From Ginglymostoma cirratum (taxonomy: Eukaryota), in the NCBI GenBank assembly GCA_024137785.1, contig JAHRHZ010000115.1, forward strand, positions 2,572,478 through 2,636,477: DNA of 64,000 nucleotides, in the 5' to 3' direction. A program made the translations under genes and the position numbers. Positions 50,092-61,784 of the stretch are shown piece after piece (position 1 is the first letter of the stretch; each line of letters starts with the position of its first letter). The notes under the pieces were generated by a model. It had not been told where the DNA came from, did not search any database, and was given only the letters and a program-made list of their open reading frames with translations.

Positions 50092-52519
50092 GTAAGTTAG
50101 AGCTGAGGCTTTTAAATTTCATTCTGTTCATGTGCTGTTTATTCGGTTTTGTTCTGTGGAATGGAGTATCTGGGCAGCAAGCCAAGGTAGTGCTGTAGAG
50201 TGGGAGAGAGAGAGAGAAACCGTAGAAACGATTGCAGGCATTTTAGCCGTGAGAGTTGCATGTTCAAATCCTGCTTCAATTAAAGACACTGAGGCCAGGA
50301 ATTGAATTTCCTGATGTCAGAAATGTGGCGGGCACTGTAGGGCTGAATTGTTGTATGGCCAAGATATTAAACGCCATCTTGAACCGTCCCCTCTGAAAAA
50401 TTGTCGGTTGAAGAGAAATTGTGTGTGTGTGTGTCTGTCAGTGCCAATAAGTCTTTTTATTGTTGTGTCATTTCAGCCTACCCGAACCGTGCGAGAAAGG
50501 TTCCATTTCAGCTCGAATGAGATGAGGAGGGGAGCTAAACTTGAATTGGTCACTTGCAAATATATAGACAGTTGTCCTTTGAAACCTCCTGTCGAATCCA
50601 CCTCCACTATTCTCCTAGGCAGCTCATTCTGAACCCAAACAGGTCCCCCCAAAACTAGAGAGCATAGGTTTTAGGTGAGAGGGGGAAGACTTAAAAGGAA
50701 TCTGCAGGGCCTTTTTCACCCAAAGGTTGGTACGCATATGGATTAAGTGGTGAAGTCTGGTAAAATTACTACATTTAAAAGGCATCTGTGTGGGTTTATG
50801 TATAGGAAGGGTTTAGAAGAATATGGGCCAAATTCTGGCAAGTGTGACAGGATTAAATTAAGATATCTGGCGAGCATGGACTGGTTGGGCTGAAGGGTCT
50901 GTTTCCGTACTGGACATGTCTATGGTTCTGAGTAAAGACCTTTCTCTTCATCTCATTCTGAGTTCTCCCGCTGACAGCTTTGAAATTCAGACCCTGGCCC
51001 AGCTACTGAAGATGAAATGTTTCTCTTGGACCCATTTCGCTGTGACATGACTGAGCCAGACAGGTTTCACGTCACATACAGCGAGGAGGGTGATCAAGAA
51101 AATCAACTGTCACCAACACACCATCCACAATTTGGCGCGTTCTTTCCTTCTTGATTGAAACTGGGGTATCTCAAAGGCATTAGACTTCCTCCAGGGAGAG
51201 AGGGCGGTCACATTATCCGTGAGCTGACTGTGCTGAGGAAATTCTGTCTCGTGTGGGTTTTTTTTTTAAATCTCGTGACATCTGGTCTCACTGTAACAGT
51301 CGGGAAATGAGTAATGCTGGCTCTCAGACGACTGTGAGACCCAAAGAGCCTTTCCAACGCTGTCGTTTCATTCTGAGACCTGTCTGAAAGAAACATTTTA
51401 ACGTGGCGTGCCCTGGCACATGTGGGAAAAGAAATGTAACCGTGGCTTGAGTTTGCAGGGTGGAAGTAGGGAGGATGTTGGGAGGGCGGTGGGGTTTAGT
51501 TCAGCCACTTAAAAAACGTGGGACTCAAAAATTCTGCAAGCTGCCCACACTCTATAGAGGGTAGTTACGCTCTTTCTTGGCTGTGTTCGGGGGTTGTGGG
51601 GTTGGTTGGGGAATGGGGGGATAGATACGTCAGTGACTTGTAAATGCAGCAGAAAAATAGACGCACAGAGTTTAACCGCAGCTTCTCTCCACACTGCACT
51701 GGCCGATCGGTTTTGTCCCAGATCTTCTTCCCCAGTCCCAAAACAAGGCCTCAGTCCCTTTCCCCGCAGGAGGGTTCCTACCCTGGGGCCCGTCGCGTTT
51801 GAATCCAGAGCAAAACCTTCAGAACAAAATCAGTCAGTCATTTTAGGTTCGCTCACTGCAGCCGTTTCACATCAGCACGGAGCTGACATTGACTTTGTGA
51901 ACAGGATGCTGGGGGGTGATGTTAGGAAAGAGGGAGTCCCTGTGTATTCTGTCTAACAGATCAGTGAGAGAAAGGTCTCACCGCGACTGGAATGGGGAGG
52001 TGGGTTGGGGGAGATGGTGTGGAAGTAAAACTTAAGTTGGTCACTTTCAAAGACATATCCACTCCCTTTGGTGACCTCCGAATGGGATCCAGCTCCCAAG
52101 CCCGGCTCATTCCAAATCCAAACGACTCTGTCTCTCTCTCTCTCTGAGTAAAGATGTTTCTCCTCATCCCGGGCCATGCTCTCTCGCTGACCACCTCGAA
52201 ATTTTGACCATGTTTCCCCCGCACCCCCACTCACCCACCACCCCCCACCCCACCCTCCCCCCAACCCCGGTTAACTGACGACAAAATGTCTTTCGCCGTC
52301 CCACTTTGGTGTGACAATTCCGAGCCAGACAGGTATTGCATCATGTGATAAGAGAAATTAACTGCCACCAGCCCACTGTCCACTTTCTTGGGGGTCCTCT
52401 TCTTTCTCAATTGAAATCAGAGAAACTCGGACGCATTAGGTTGTCCCCAAGGAGGGGCAACAGTTACGTTTTCAGTGACCCGACTGTATGAGCGTGATCC
52501 CTCTCAAAGGACATTAGAA

Positions 52520-53060
52520 AGTCATAGAGATGTACAGCGCGGGAAACAGACCCTTTCGCCAAACGCGTCTGTGCCGACCAGATGCCCGAAATCATTCTAG
52601 TCCCACTTGCCAGTATTTGGCCCATGTCCCTCTAAACTCTTGCTATCCATGTACACATCCAGATGCCTTTTAAATATTGTAACTGTACCAGCCCCCACCC
52701 ACATCCTCTGGCAGCGCATTCCACACACGCGCCACCCTCTCCATGAAAAAAGTTACCCCTTAGGTTCCTCTTAAGTCTCTCACCTTCAACCTATTCCCCT
52801 ATAGTTTTGGACTCCCCTACCCTGGGGAAAAGACCTTGGATATTTACCTTATCCAAGTCCCTCATGATTTTATAAACCCTCTGTAAAGTCATTCGCCCCC
52901 CCCCCCACCTCAACCTCCGACGCTCCAAGGGAAAATAGCCCCCAGCCTGTTCAACCTCTCCCTACAGCTCAGACCCTTCCAGTCTGTTTAACATCCTGGT
53001 CAATCTTCCTTCTCCATTTTAATCTCATCCATCCTGCAGCATGGCGACCATAATTGTCTG
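52520..53060 (-). mobile_element. CR1-type LINE 3' fragment
   Basis: Same family as 32795-33410 and 58900-59250. Confidence 0.75.
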
Positions 53061-53323
53061 AGGGTATCTCAGGGGATGGATTGAAAAGGCAGGACTTGTG
53101 AGTTAGCTGCTGGGGATGGGTGGGAGAGAAAGCAGCCTTTGACACGAGGCTAGTGTTGGCGAGGTATGGCTACAGAGGGGCATTGGTCTGAGATGGGTGG
53201 CTGTGTCCCTCAGCGATCAGTGCAGGGAACCCCTGTGGCTCGGAATAACGCACAAGGCGGGGGAGTGGGGGGTGGTAGAGAGGTGTGACCGCTCTCTCAC
53301 TTCTGCCTTTCTTTGTATTTCAG

Positions 53324-53626
53324 GGCAGAAAAGTATTGTTAAGCCGAAATTGTCGGCTTTTTATCCACCAAAATCCTCAAGCAAAGATGCTGTCCAAGCT
53401 GCAGTCTGTCTGGCCAGCGACTTCTTTCCAAAGGACATCAGCCTGCGGCTGGCGTTTGGAGACAAGCCGAAGGCTGATGTTACCAGGCCCTCTTTTCTCA
53501 AACCCGATGGCAGCTATGTGGCGTTCAGCTTCCTATTCAATCCAGAAAATGAGGCAAATTTCGTCTGTGAAGCCGTGCATAAAAACCAAAGTTCACATGC
53601 CAACATCACCCTGGGGACCAAGAGTG
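53324..53626 (+). CDS. TRDC: TCR delta constant exon 1 (Ig C1 domain)
   Basis: Polypyrimidine/CAG acceptor, GTAAG donor, phase 1-1. Reads QKSIVKPKLSAFYPP...AVCLASDFFPKDI...DGSY...FVCEAVHKN with two domain cysteines. Lies downstream of a D and J array. Confidence 0.94.
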
Positions 53627-53639
53627 GTAAGAAGCACGC

Positions 53640-54390
53640 TCCCAGATCTCCCCCTCCCCCTCACCTTGTTCCCCTCTCCTCTCGCCACCCCGCTCCCAAC
53701 TCCCTTTGTTCCCCCATCCCCTCATCCCTATTCTGCCCCTCTTGTACCTCAATTTCCCCTCCTTCCCCCAGCCCCCCTTTCCCCCATTCCCTCCTTGTTC
53801 CCCCAACTCCCCTTGTTCACCCATCCCCTCACCCCTATTCTGCCTCTCCTTGTTGCCCATCCCTCCTTGTTCCTCCATCCCGCCTTGTTCTCCCCATCCC
53901 CACTTGTTCCCTCATCCCCCCTTTGTTCCCTGATGCCCCCCTTGTTCCCGCATCCCCACCTGTTCCTTCATCCTCCCTTGTTCCCTCATCCCCCCTTGTT
54001 CCCCCATCCCCCCTTGTTCCCTCATCCCTCCTTGTTCCTCCATCCCCCTTGCCGCCCCCACTCCACTTGGTCCTCATCCCCTCACCCCCCATCCCCATTC
54101 CCTCTTGTTCACCCCTCCCCTCAACCCCCATTCCTCATCCCCCCTTGTTCCCCCATCACCTATTCCCCCAACCCCCAACCCCCTTGCCCCATCTCCCCCA
54201 TTCCCCCCTTCCCCAGCTCCCCTTTCTCCCCCTCCCCTCGCCCCCATCCCCAGGCCCCTTGTTCCCCCATTCCTTCACCCCTATCCCCCCACTCTTTGTT
54301 CCCCATTCCCTCGCCCCCTATCCCCCTCCCCTTGCTCCCCCAGCCCATTCCCCCTTGTTCCCCCAACCCCTCACCCCATCCCCCCTCAGC
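53640..54390. repeat. C-rich minisatellite, degenerate (ccccttgttcccccat)n
   Basis: Direct inspection; explains the Pro-rich spurious ORFs. Confidence 0.9.
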
Positions 54391-54476
54391 GGGGCAGATA
54401 TGCCCATGTTGGCACCTTGTCCCCCTGAGCTGAGGAACACATTCTCCAGACTGACGTCTCCACCTTCTGTCCACAG

Positions 54477-54551
54477 GAACAGGTCCCACCCAGTCCAGCT
54501 GCGCAGAGTCTTCGAAAGACATGATGGAAGCAGGAAATGACCCCTTTCAAG
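54477..54551 (+). CDS. TRDC: TCR delta constant exon 2 (connecting peptide)
   Basis: ccacag acceptor and GTCAGA donor; 75 nt, in phase; GTGPTQSSCAESSKDMMEAGNDPFQ with interchain Cys. Confidence 0.85.
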
Positions 54552-55164
54552 GTCAGAGTCTCCGTGGGTGGGGAAGGGCTGTTGGGGGAGATGAATAAAC
54601 AGGCAGAGGAATTGGGAGATTGACGGAAGAAGAGAGCTCGGGTGGGGATGAGGTGGAGAGAGAGTGAGAGAGAGAGAGAGAAAGAGCAAGTGAAAGAGAG
54701 AGAATGAGAGAGAGAAAGAACCTGAGAGATAGGGTGATAGAGACTGACAGTCAGAGAGATGGACGGATGGAGCGGGATGGACAGACAGAAAGAGAGAAGG
54801 AAAGAGGGAAGGAGAGAGGGATGTGGAGAGGGAGAGATAGATTTGAAGAGTAGGAGGGAGGGATGTGTGAATGGAGAGAGGGAAGGAGAGAAGGATGGGG
54901 GAGGTGTGGATAGAGAGCGGGAGGGAAAGAAAGATGAATGAAGGTGTGGACAGAGTGATTGGGTGAGAGAAGGATGGAGGGAAGTGTGGATGGAGAGAAG
55001 GAGGGAGAGAAGAATGGAGGGAGGTGTGACTGAGGGTGGTTGATGGTCTGATGGGGGTTTGTACGATTCCTGGCATGTTTCAGCACTGTCGGATCTGAGC
55101 TGGGGGGAAAGGACACATTTCGGTCTCACCATGTTGATCTTGTGTCTGATTTTAACCATCACAG

Positions 55165-55274
55165 AGAGACCGCAGGCGAACTTGTTGTCTCTGACCTTGA
55201 TGGGCCTCCGATTTCTCCTGTTCAAAAGCATCGCTGTCAATCTGCTGATGACTGCCCGAGTCTGGATTTCTTAA
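55165..55274 (+). CDS. TRDC: TCR delta constant exon 3 (transmembrane/cytoplasmic)
   Basis: ERPQANLLSLTLMGLRFLLFKSIAVNLLMTARVWIS*, with the alpha/delta-type TM Arg and Lys; GTGAGT donor 1 nt after the stop. Confidence 0.95.
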
Positions 55275-55279
55275 TGTGA

Positions 55280-56165
55280 GTCCCATCTCCCTTATTTCCA
55301 CCCATCTCTCCCCGTCTCTCCCCCATCTCCACCCATCTCTCCCCATCTCTCACCCATCTCCACCCATCTCTCCCCATCTCTCCCCACAGTTCCCCCATCT
55401 CTCCCCATCTCCCTCCATATTCCTCATCTCCCCCATCTCCACCCATCTCTCCTCCATCTCCACCCATCTCACTCACATCTCCCCATCTCCTCCCTCCCCT
55501 TCCCATCTCCCTTCATCTCCCTCCATCTTCCTTAATCTCCCCCTATTCCCTCCATCTCTTCCCATCACACCATCTCCTTCCATCTTGCCCATCTCCACCT
55601 TCCTTTTCCATCTCCCACCATCTCCCTTAATCTGCTCCATCTCCCACATTTCCTTCTTCACCCCCATCTCCTCATCTCTTCTTATTTCCCCCATTGCCCC
55701 CCATCTCCCCCATCTCTTCCATCTGTCCCCATCTCTCTCCATCTAGCCCCATCTCCCCATTTCCTCCATCCCTTCCCACCTTCACCCATCTCTCCTCCAT
55801 CTCCACCCGTCTCCGTCACATCTCCCCATCTCCCCCTCTCCCTTCCCATCTCCCTTCATCTCCCTCCATCTCCCCCATCTCCCCCATTTCCAATATATCT
55901 TCCTATCGTCCCCATCTCTGTCCATCGCCCCATATGTCCTCCGATCTCTCCCCCAATCTCCCCCAGTCTCCTCCCATTTTCCCCATGTCCCCTCATTTAC
56001 CAACCTTTCCCTGTCTGTACCCATCACCCCAGCTCCAACAATCTCCCCCACCTCCCCAACCCCATCTCTTCCCATTTCCTTCCCATATCCCCACGTTCCC
56101 TCACCTTCCCCCATCTACGCCATCTCTCTCCCTATCTCAAAGTCTCCCCTCAGTTCTCCCCCATC
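55280..56165. repeat. (ccccatct)n-type pyrimidine-rich array
   Basis: Direct inspection. Confidence 0.9.
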
Positions 56166-56516
56166 TTAACCACAATGAGTGGTGGAAGGGGGCACATGGT
56201 TATGGAAGGGTGGGTCACACCAAAGGACACATATTATTGTCCTGTTCCCCCTACTCACTCTCCACCAGAGAGAGAATGAGGCCATTTAGTCCCTCAAAAC
56301 TCAGGCAGTTCTGGCCCCTTGTGTCTGAGGAGCAAATATTTTCAGCCTGTACCTCAGAACATGGGAGGACGGTACATTGGCCTGAGTTTCTCTCCCTGTC
56401 CCACCTCCAGAGCACACTGCACCCCTCACCACACCGCCCTCCCTCCCCAGAGTGCACAGCCATCCATCCTCGGCCTCACTCACTCTCTCTCTCTCTCTCT
56501 CTCTGGTTTCCCACAG

Positions 56517-57770
56517 GAATTGGAGTAGGCTCCATTTGCCAATGGGAGAGAACCAGGAAACAGAAGACAAGATTCCGGATTCATTCCCGGTCAACGCTTC
56601 AACTGGGCCTGGCTCCAGAGTTTGATTCCCTCTGGATCAGAACGGCCTTCTCTCTGTTTTAACTTTTAAATACTCTCTCTGTCCCTCTCTGTCTCTCTCT
56701 TGCTGACTCTCTGTGCCTCTCGCTCTCTGTCCATCTCACTCTCTCTGTTGTTTGTGTCTCTCTCTCTGTCTGTCTGCCTCAATTTCTCTCTCTCTATCGC
56801 CATCTCCATCTCTCTGTCTCACTGTCTCCCCCCTCTCTCTCTCTCCTCTCTCTCTCTGTCTTACTCTCTACAAATCTATCTCTCTCTCTCTCCCTTTCCC
56901 TCTCTGTCTCACTGTCTCCCTTCTCTCTCTTTCTCTATCTCCCAATTTCTCTCTCTCCCTCTTCCTCTCTTTCTCTTTGCATATCTATCATGCTGTCTCT
57001 TTCTCCACCTCTCCCTCTCGCTGTCTCACTCTGTCCCCTCTCTTTCCCCCTCTCTCTCTCTGTCTCTGTCTCCGTCTCTTTCTCCTGTCTCTCGTTCCCT
57101 CCTCTCTTTCTACAAATCTATCTCTCGCTCTCTCTCTCCCTCCCCATCTCCCTCTCTCTGTCTCAGTCTCTCCCTCTACCTCTCTCTCTGTCTGTNNNNN
57201 NNNNNNNNNNNNNNNNNNNNNNNNNNNNNNNNNNNNNNNNNNNNNNNNNNNNNNNNNNNNNNNNNNNNNNNNNNNNNNNNNNNNNNNNNNNNNNNNNNNN
57301 NNNNNNNNNNNNNNNNNNNNNNNNNNNNNNNNNNNNNNNNNNAATTCAGGGGGTTTTTGCAAATGTATTTTTAGGGACTGTGGGGCTTTGGGATGGGAGT
57401 TGGGGGGGTAAAGATGTTGCGTCAAGCCGTAGACCAGCTCTCCCTGTGGGTGAGCCACCGCCCGGGTCTATATTTCACGGCCAGGCCACAAGCTGCTGGT
57501 TACTGTTGCTCAAGACCCAGGTGTGTAAAGATAAGGCAGTGCTATACGCCATCTGCTTCTTCTTCTCTTTTACGAACACGAAGCTACAGCAGGGAAAATG
57601 GGAGGGGTGGGCGGTGGGGTGGGTGTACATTCGTGCCATCATGTGCTGTTCTAGCCCTTCACTCAGGAGACTGTGCAACCGGACAGAGGCTCTACTTTTC
57701 GGTACCGTGTTTCTCTGTCTGATATCTCAGTGTGAACAGTCAATAAAACTCGGTCTGTGCCAGAGCTCGC
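56517..57770 (+). other. TRDC: Probable untranslated exon 4 (3' UTR) of TRDC
   Basis: Polypyrimidine tract plus ccacag acceptor at 56515-56516; first visible AATAAA at 57742-57747. A separate 3' UTR exon is typical of TRAC/TRDC. The end is uncertain because of a gap. Confidence 0.55.
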
Positions 57771-58899
57771 AGTCTCCAGGCTGTTTGTTCTCAATTACAT
57801 TGCATCAGGCTGAACCGCATCAGTCTATTTCAATGAGGGACGGTCCATGAGGGGCTCAGGAAGATGCCATTCGAGCCATTGTGGGGCTGAGGGAGTAGCC
57901 GAGAGGAGAGAGATGGGGGAAGAGGGGGGAGAGAGAGGGAGGGAGGGAGATAGAGGGGAGAGTGAGGAGGGAGAGAGAGATGGAGAGGGACGGGGAGGGA
58001 GAGCAAGAGCGAGGAGGGGAGAGAGAGAAATTGAGAGGGAGGAGAGGCGAGAGGGAAAGGGAGATGGATAGAGAGCAAGAGAAAGACGGGGGAGAGACAG
58101 GTGGAGAGGGAGGAGGGGAGAGAGAGGGAGGGGCAGAAAGACGAATGAGGGAGAGAGAGGAGTGAGAATGGGAGAGAGAGAGATCAAGGGAAAGAGTGGG
58201 AGAGAGAAAGAGGGGAAGAGAGAGGACGGGAGAGAGAAAGATGGAGAAGGAGGAGGGGTGAGAAAGGGGGACAAGAGAAAGGGGGGGAGGAGGGAAGAAA
58301 GAGTGAAGATGGGGGGAGCTGGTAATTTTCCACTGAGCTGTTTCTGCGTGAGATTTTTATCGCAAACAGTAATAAAAGCTGCGGGTTGTGGGCTGGAGGC
58401 AGGAAGAGAAGAGGGTTTTTAATGTCATGCTCTCTCAGCTCGGTTTGCGGTTTTTTGTTTCTCAAGACGGAGAAGAGGCAGACGTGAAGTTAGTGTCAGG
58501 CAGCCTTCGGCTCTGGGTGGGGGGAGAAAGGGTAAATGTGTCAAAAACTGCGGTCTCTCAACTGAGGGAGAAGCAGAGAGAATGCAGTCTGTAGACAGTG
58601 AGAAAGTGTGGGCTGCAGAGGGCGTGGGGGGGAAGGGAGGCAGGGGAAGAGAGAGAGAGAGGGAGGGAGAGGGAGAGTGGGAGAGAGAGAGATAGAACGG
58701 TAGGTAGAGAGAGACGGGGGCAAGGGGGTGAGTGAGAGACAAAGAGAGAGAGAGAAAAGGAGGGAGGTGGGGGGAGAGTGAGAGAGAGAGAGCAAGAGAG
58801 AATGAGAAAGACAGGGAGAGACAGAATGGATAGACAGAGGGTGAGAGATGATGGGAGAAGGGTTCTGGGTCTCTCTCCTAATTAGTCCCTTGTCACGAA

Positions 58900-59250
58900 C
58901 TCATACAGCATCAAAACAGACCCTTCTGTTCCAACCTGTCCGTGCTGACCCAGATATCCCTAAATTAATCTAGTCCCATTTGCGAGCATTAGGCCCATGT
59001 CCCTCTGAATCCTTCCTATTCATGTCCCCATCCAGATGCCTTTTAAAAGCTATAATTGTACCAGCCCCCACCACTTCCTCTGGCAGCTCATTCCACACAC
59101 GCACCACCCTCTGTGTGAAAAAGTTACCCCTCAGGTCCCTTTTAAGTCTTTCCCCTGTCACCTTAAACCTAAGCTCCTCTCGTGTTGGATTCCCTTACTC
59201 TGGGGAAAAAAGACCTTGGCTATTCACCCTAGCCATACACCTCATGATTT
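58900..59250 (-). mobile_element. CR1-type LINE 3' fragment
   Basis: RGNFFTQRVVRVWNELPEEVV. Confidence 0.8.
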
Positions 59251-59774
59251 TAAGGGGCAGCAGGTACATTGGAACATCACCCCCGCAAAGTCCCCCACTC
59301 CGAGCCACTCCCCATCCCAACTTAGAGATATATCGGCTGTTCCTTCAGTGCGGCTGGGTCCGAATCCCTAGAATTCCCTCCCCAATGGACCACACTTACT
59401 GCAGTAACTGAAGGAGGTGATTGAAGATAGATAATAAATGATGGTCTCGGCCCATGACATTCACATGCTGAGAAAGTGAATAAAAAGAAAGAACGCTTTG
59501 CAGGAATATTTTGTTTTTGTTATTTCTGAGCCGATCTGAAAAAAAATTAAGATGTTATTCCTATCAATCTGCATGTACAAGCCAATCTCAAAACTGGGAG
59601 TTACACGTCTAGGGCAGAAATGGGGAGAAATTTCATCTCTGCAGTGGGACCGAAGTCTTTACCACAGAGGGTTATCATTGGACCATTGAGTGCAGTGATG
59701 GATCTTTAATCAGTAACAGGGTGGGGGGAGTTGGGAATTGAGGAGAAAAGACAGGAAAATGGAATTCAGGGTTA

Positions 59775-59956
59775 ACAAAAACAGAAGTTGCTGGAAAAGC
59801 TCAGCAGGTCTGACAGCGTCTCTGGAGAGAAATGAGGGTTAACATTTCGAGGCCGGTGGTTCTGAGGAAGTGGCACTGGACCCGAAACGGTAACTCTGAT
59901 TTCTCTCCACAGATGTTGCCAGACCTGCTGAGCTTTTCCAGCATCTGCAGTTCTTT
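59775..59956. mobile_element. Palindromic Penelope-type/MITE-like repeat
   Basis: gctggaaaagctcagcaggtctg ... cagacctgctgagcttttccagc inverted arms; central CTGAGGA...GAAAC. Confidence 0.7.
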
Positions 59957-60217
59957 CGGAATTCAGGGTGAATGGATCTCATTGACTGGCAGAGTAGTTT
60001 GATGGGCTGAATGCCCCCACGCCGCTCTCCCGCGTTTTGTGTTACCTTCAGGTTCTGGCTTGGGCCCATGTGAATGCGCATTAACGTAAAAACACTTACT
60101 TCCTGTTTGGCTGCTACCACTGTGGCATGAGAGATACAAATATGATGTTCTATTAGATTTGAACAAAATCAAAAGCATAGGTCAGGCATTAAACGGAAGT
60201 GTTTGAAGTGATATAGT

Positions 60218-60250
60218 GTCACCCTCTTCTGGTCTCCTCCCGCCACTGCA
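60218..60250 (-). promoter_or_regulatory. CTCF-like site, reverse orientation, 3' of TRDC
   Basis: CCAGAAGAGGGTGAC core with TGCAGT starting 18 bp upstream; surrounding block homologous to 23455-23550. Confidence 0.6.
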
Positions 60251-61082
60251 GAGGGGGAGGGTGGAGACTGAAAACCATCAGGGACTCAGTCAGAGAGAGG
60301 GAGGGAGAGAAAACAACTCAGAACAGCATCAGCAGACCATCACACACACATACACAGAAAGGCACAGACACAAATACAGACATGCACACACAGAGACACC
60401 CACACGCAGTCACACGCTCACAGCCCCACACACACACTCGCACACAGACGCACACACAGACGCGCACGCACGCGCACGCACGCACAGAAACGTGCGCGTG
60501 CACACACACATAGGTACAGACGCACACTCAGACACACACACAGACACATGCAGAGAAAAGCGCTCACACATATACAGGCTCACACACACATTTTAAATCT
60601 ACGCAGACATGAAGCTGCAGTTTCAGACCAGCTACAACACAAATTTATTTTAAAAAAGGAACACAGGTTTCTGCAACAAATAACAGAAATATGTCTCACA
60701 GGGGAACACAGGGCTTTCGCACAGACTAACACACAGTGTGAGTGGGACTGAGATCAACCAGGAAAGTCAGCAAGTTCACTTTTTTAATGTGTTTCTGAGA
60801 ACGAGCATCGATCCGTTTCACAGAAGGACATTAAGCGATTACACGGATCTGTGGTACGTGTGCTAAATGTACCAATTGTCGTGGGGTTTATTCAACACGT
60901 TCGCCTCCTCCTTGACAGTAGGCCAAGGGACATCGCACGGCTGTTTCACTTCCTCATCGACATTTCATCAGTAAAATCTGCTGATGAGCTGAACGACGCA
61001 AACTGGGTTAAGGACGGTTAGACTCAGGGCAGTGTCTGTTACTGCACAGAGTCTGTCTGTGATGTGTTTCTGTGTGAGTTTT

Positions 61083-61440
61083 TTATTCATTCACGGGATG
61101 AGGGCACCTCAGGCTAGACAGCATTTATTGCCCATCCCTAATTGCCCAGAGGGTAGTTAAGAGCCAACCATATCGCTGTGGGTCTGGAGTCACATGTAGG
61201 TTAGACCAGGCAAGGATGGCAGTTTCCTTCCCTGAAAGTCATTACTGAACCAGATGGGTATTTCCGTCGACAATCAGCAATGGATTCACGGTCGTCGTTA
61301 GATTCTTGATTCCACATATTTATTGAATTCAAATTCCACCATCTGCCATGGTGGGATTTGTACCCGGGTCCCCAGAACATTACCTGGGTCTCTGGATTAA
61401 CAGCCCCGTGATAATACCACTAGGCCATCACCGCCCCACG
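61083..61440 (-). mobile_element. tRNA-derived SINE
   Basis: Reverse complement of the family at 2975 and 23055. Confidence 0.8.
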
Positions 61441-61448
61441 GGAATGTA

Positions 61449-61482
<34 letters not shown>

Positions 61483-61784
61483 TATCTGTCTATCCGTGTC
61501 TGTGTGTGTCAGTATCTGTGTGCGTCAGTGTCTGTGAGTTTGCATTACCACGTGTGCTTGTGACTTTGTGTGCGAGTGTGTGTGTATGTGTGTGAATGTG
61601 AGTGTCTGTGTGTGTGTGTGTGTGTGTGTGCGCGTGTCTGTAGTGTGTGTATGTATGTCTATCTGTCATTCAGTGTGTGTGTCAGTGTCTGTGCATATGA
61701 GTGTGTCTGTGTGTCTGTGTGTGTATGAGAGAGCTTGTGTGTCAGTGTCTGTGTGAGTTTGTAACTGTGTGTATGCGCCAATAG

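Larger units (their letters stand above)
46670..50990 (+). repeat. Tandem triplication, ~1.42-kb unit, each unit carrying one J (J11-J13)
   Basis: Anchor aaagc(t/c)aagtttggaaggt at 47142, 48566 and 49982; flanks colinear, including a shared CR1 fragment. Confidence 0.92.

Noticed and set aside
53197-54540. 447-aa ORF as a single protein
   Set aside because: Only 53324-53626 is exon; the rest is read-through into a stop-poor C-rich intronic repeat
53324-55274. Assignment of the constant gene as TCR alpha
   Set aside because: The TM end (NLLMTARVWIS) is alpha-like, but an upstream 12/23 D segment, the two-Cys C domain with FFPKDI and the SLTxxGLR..K..AVN motif favour delta. A BLAST would settle it.
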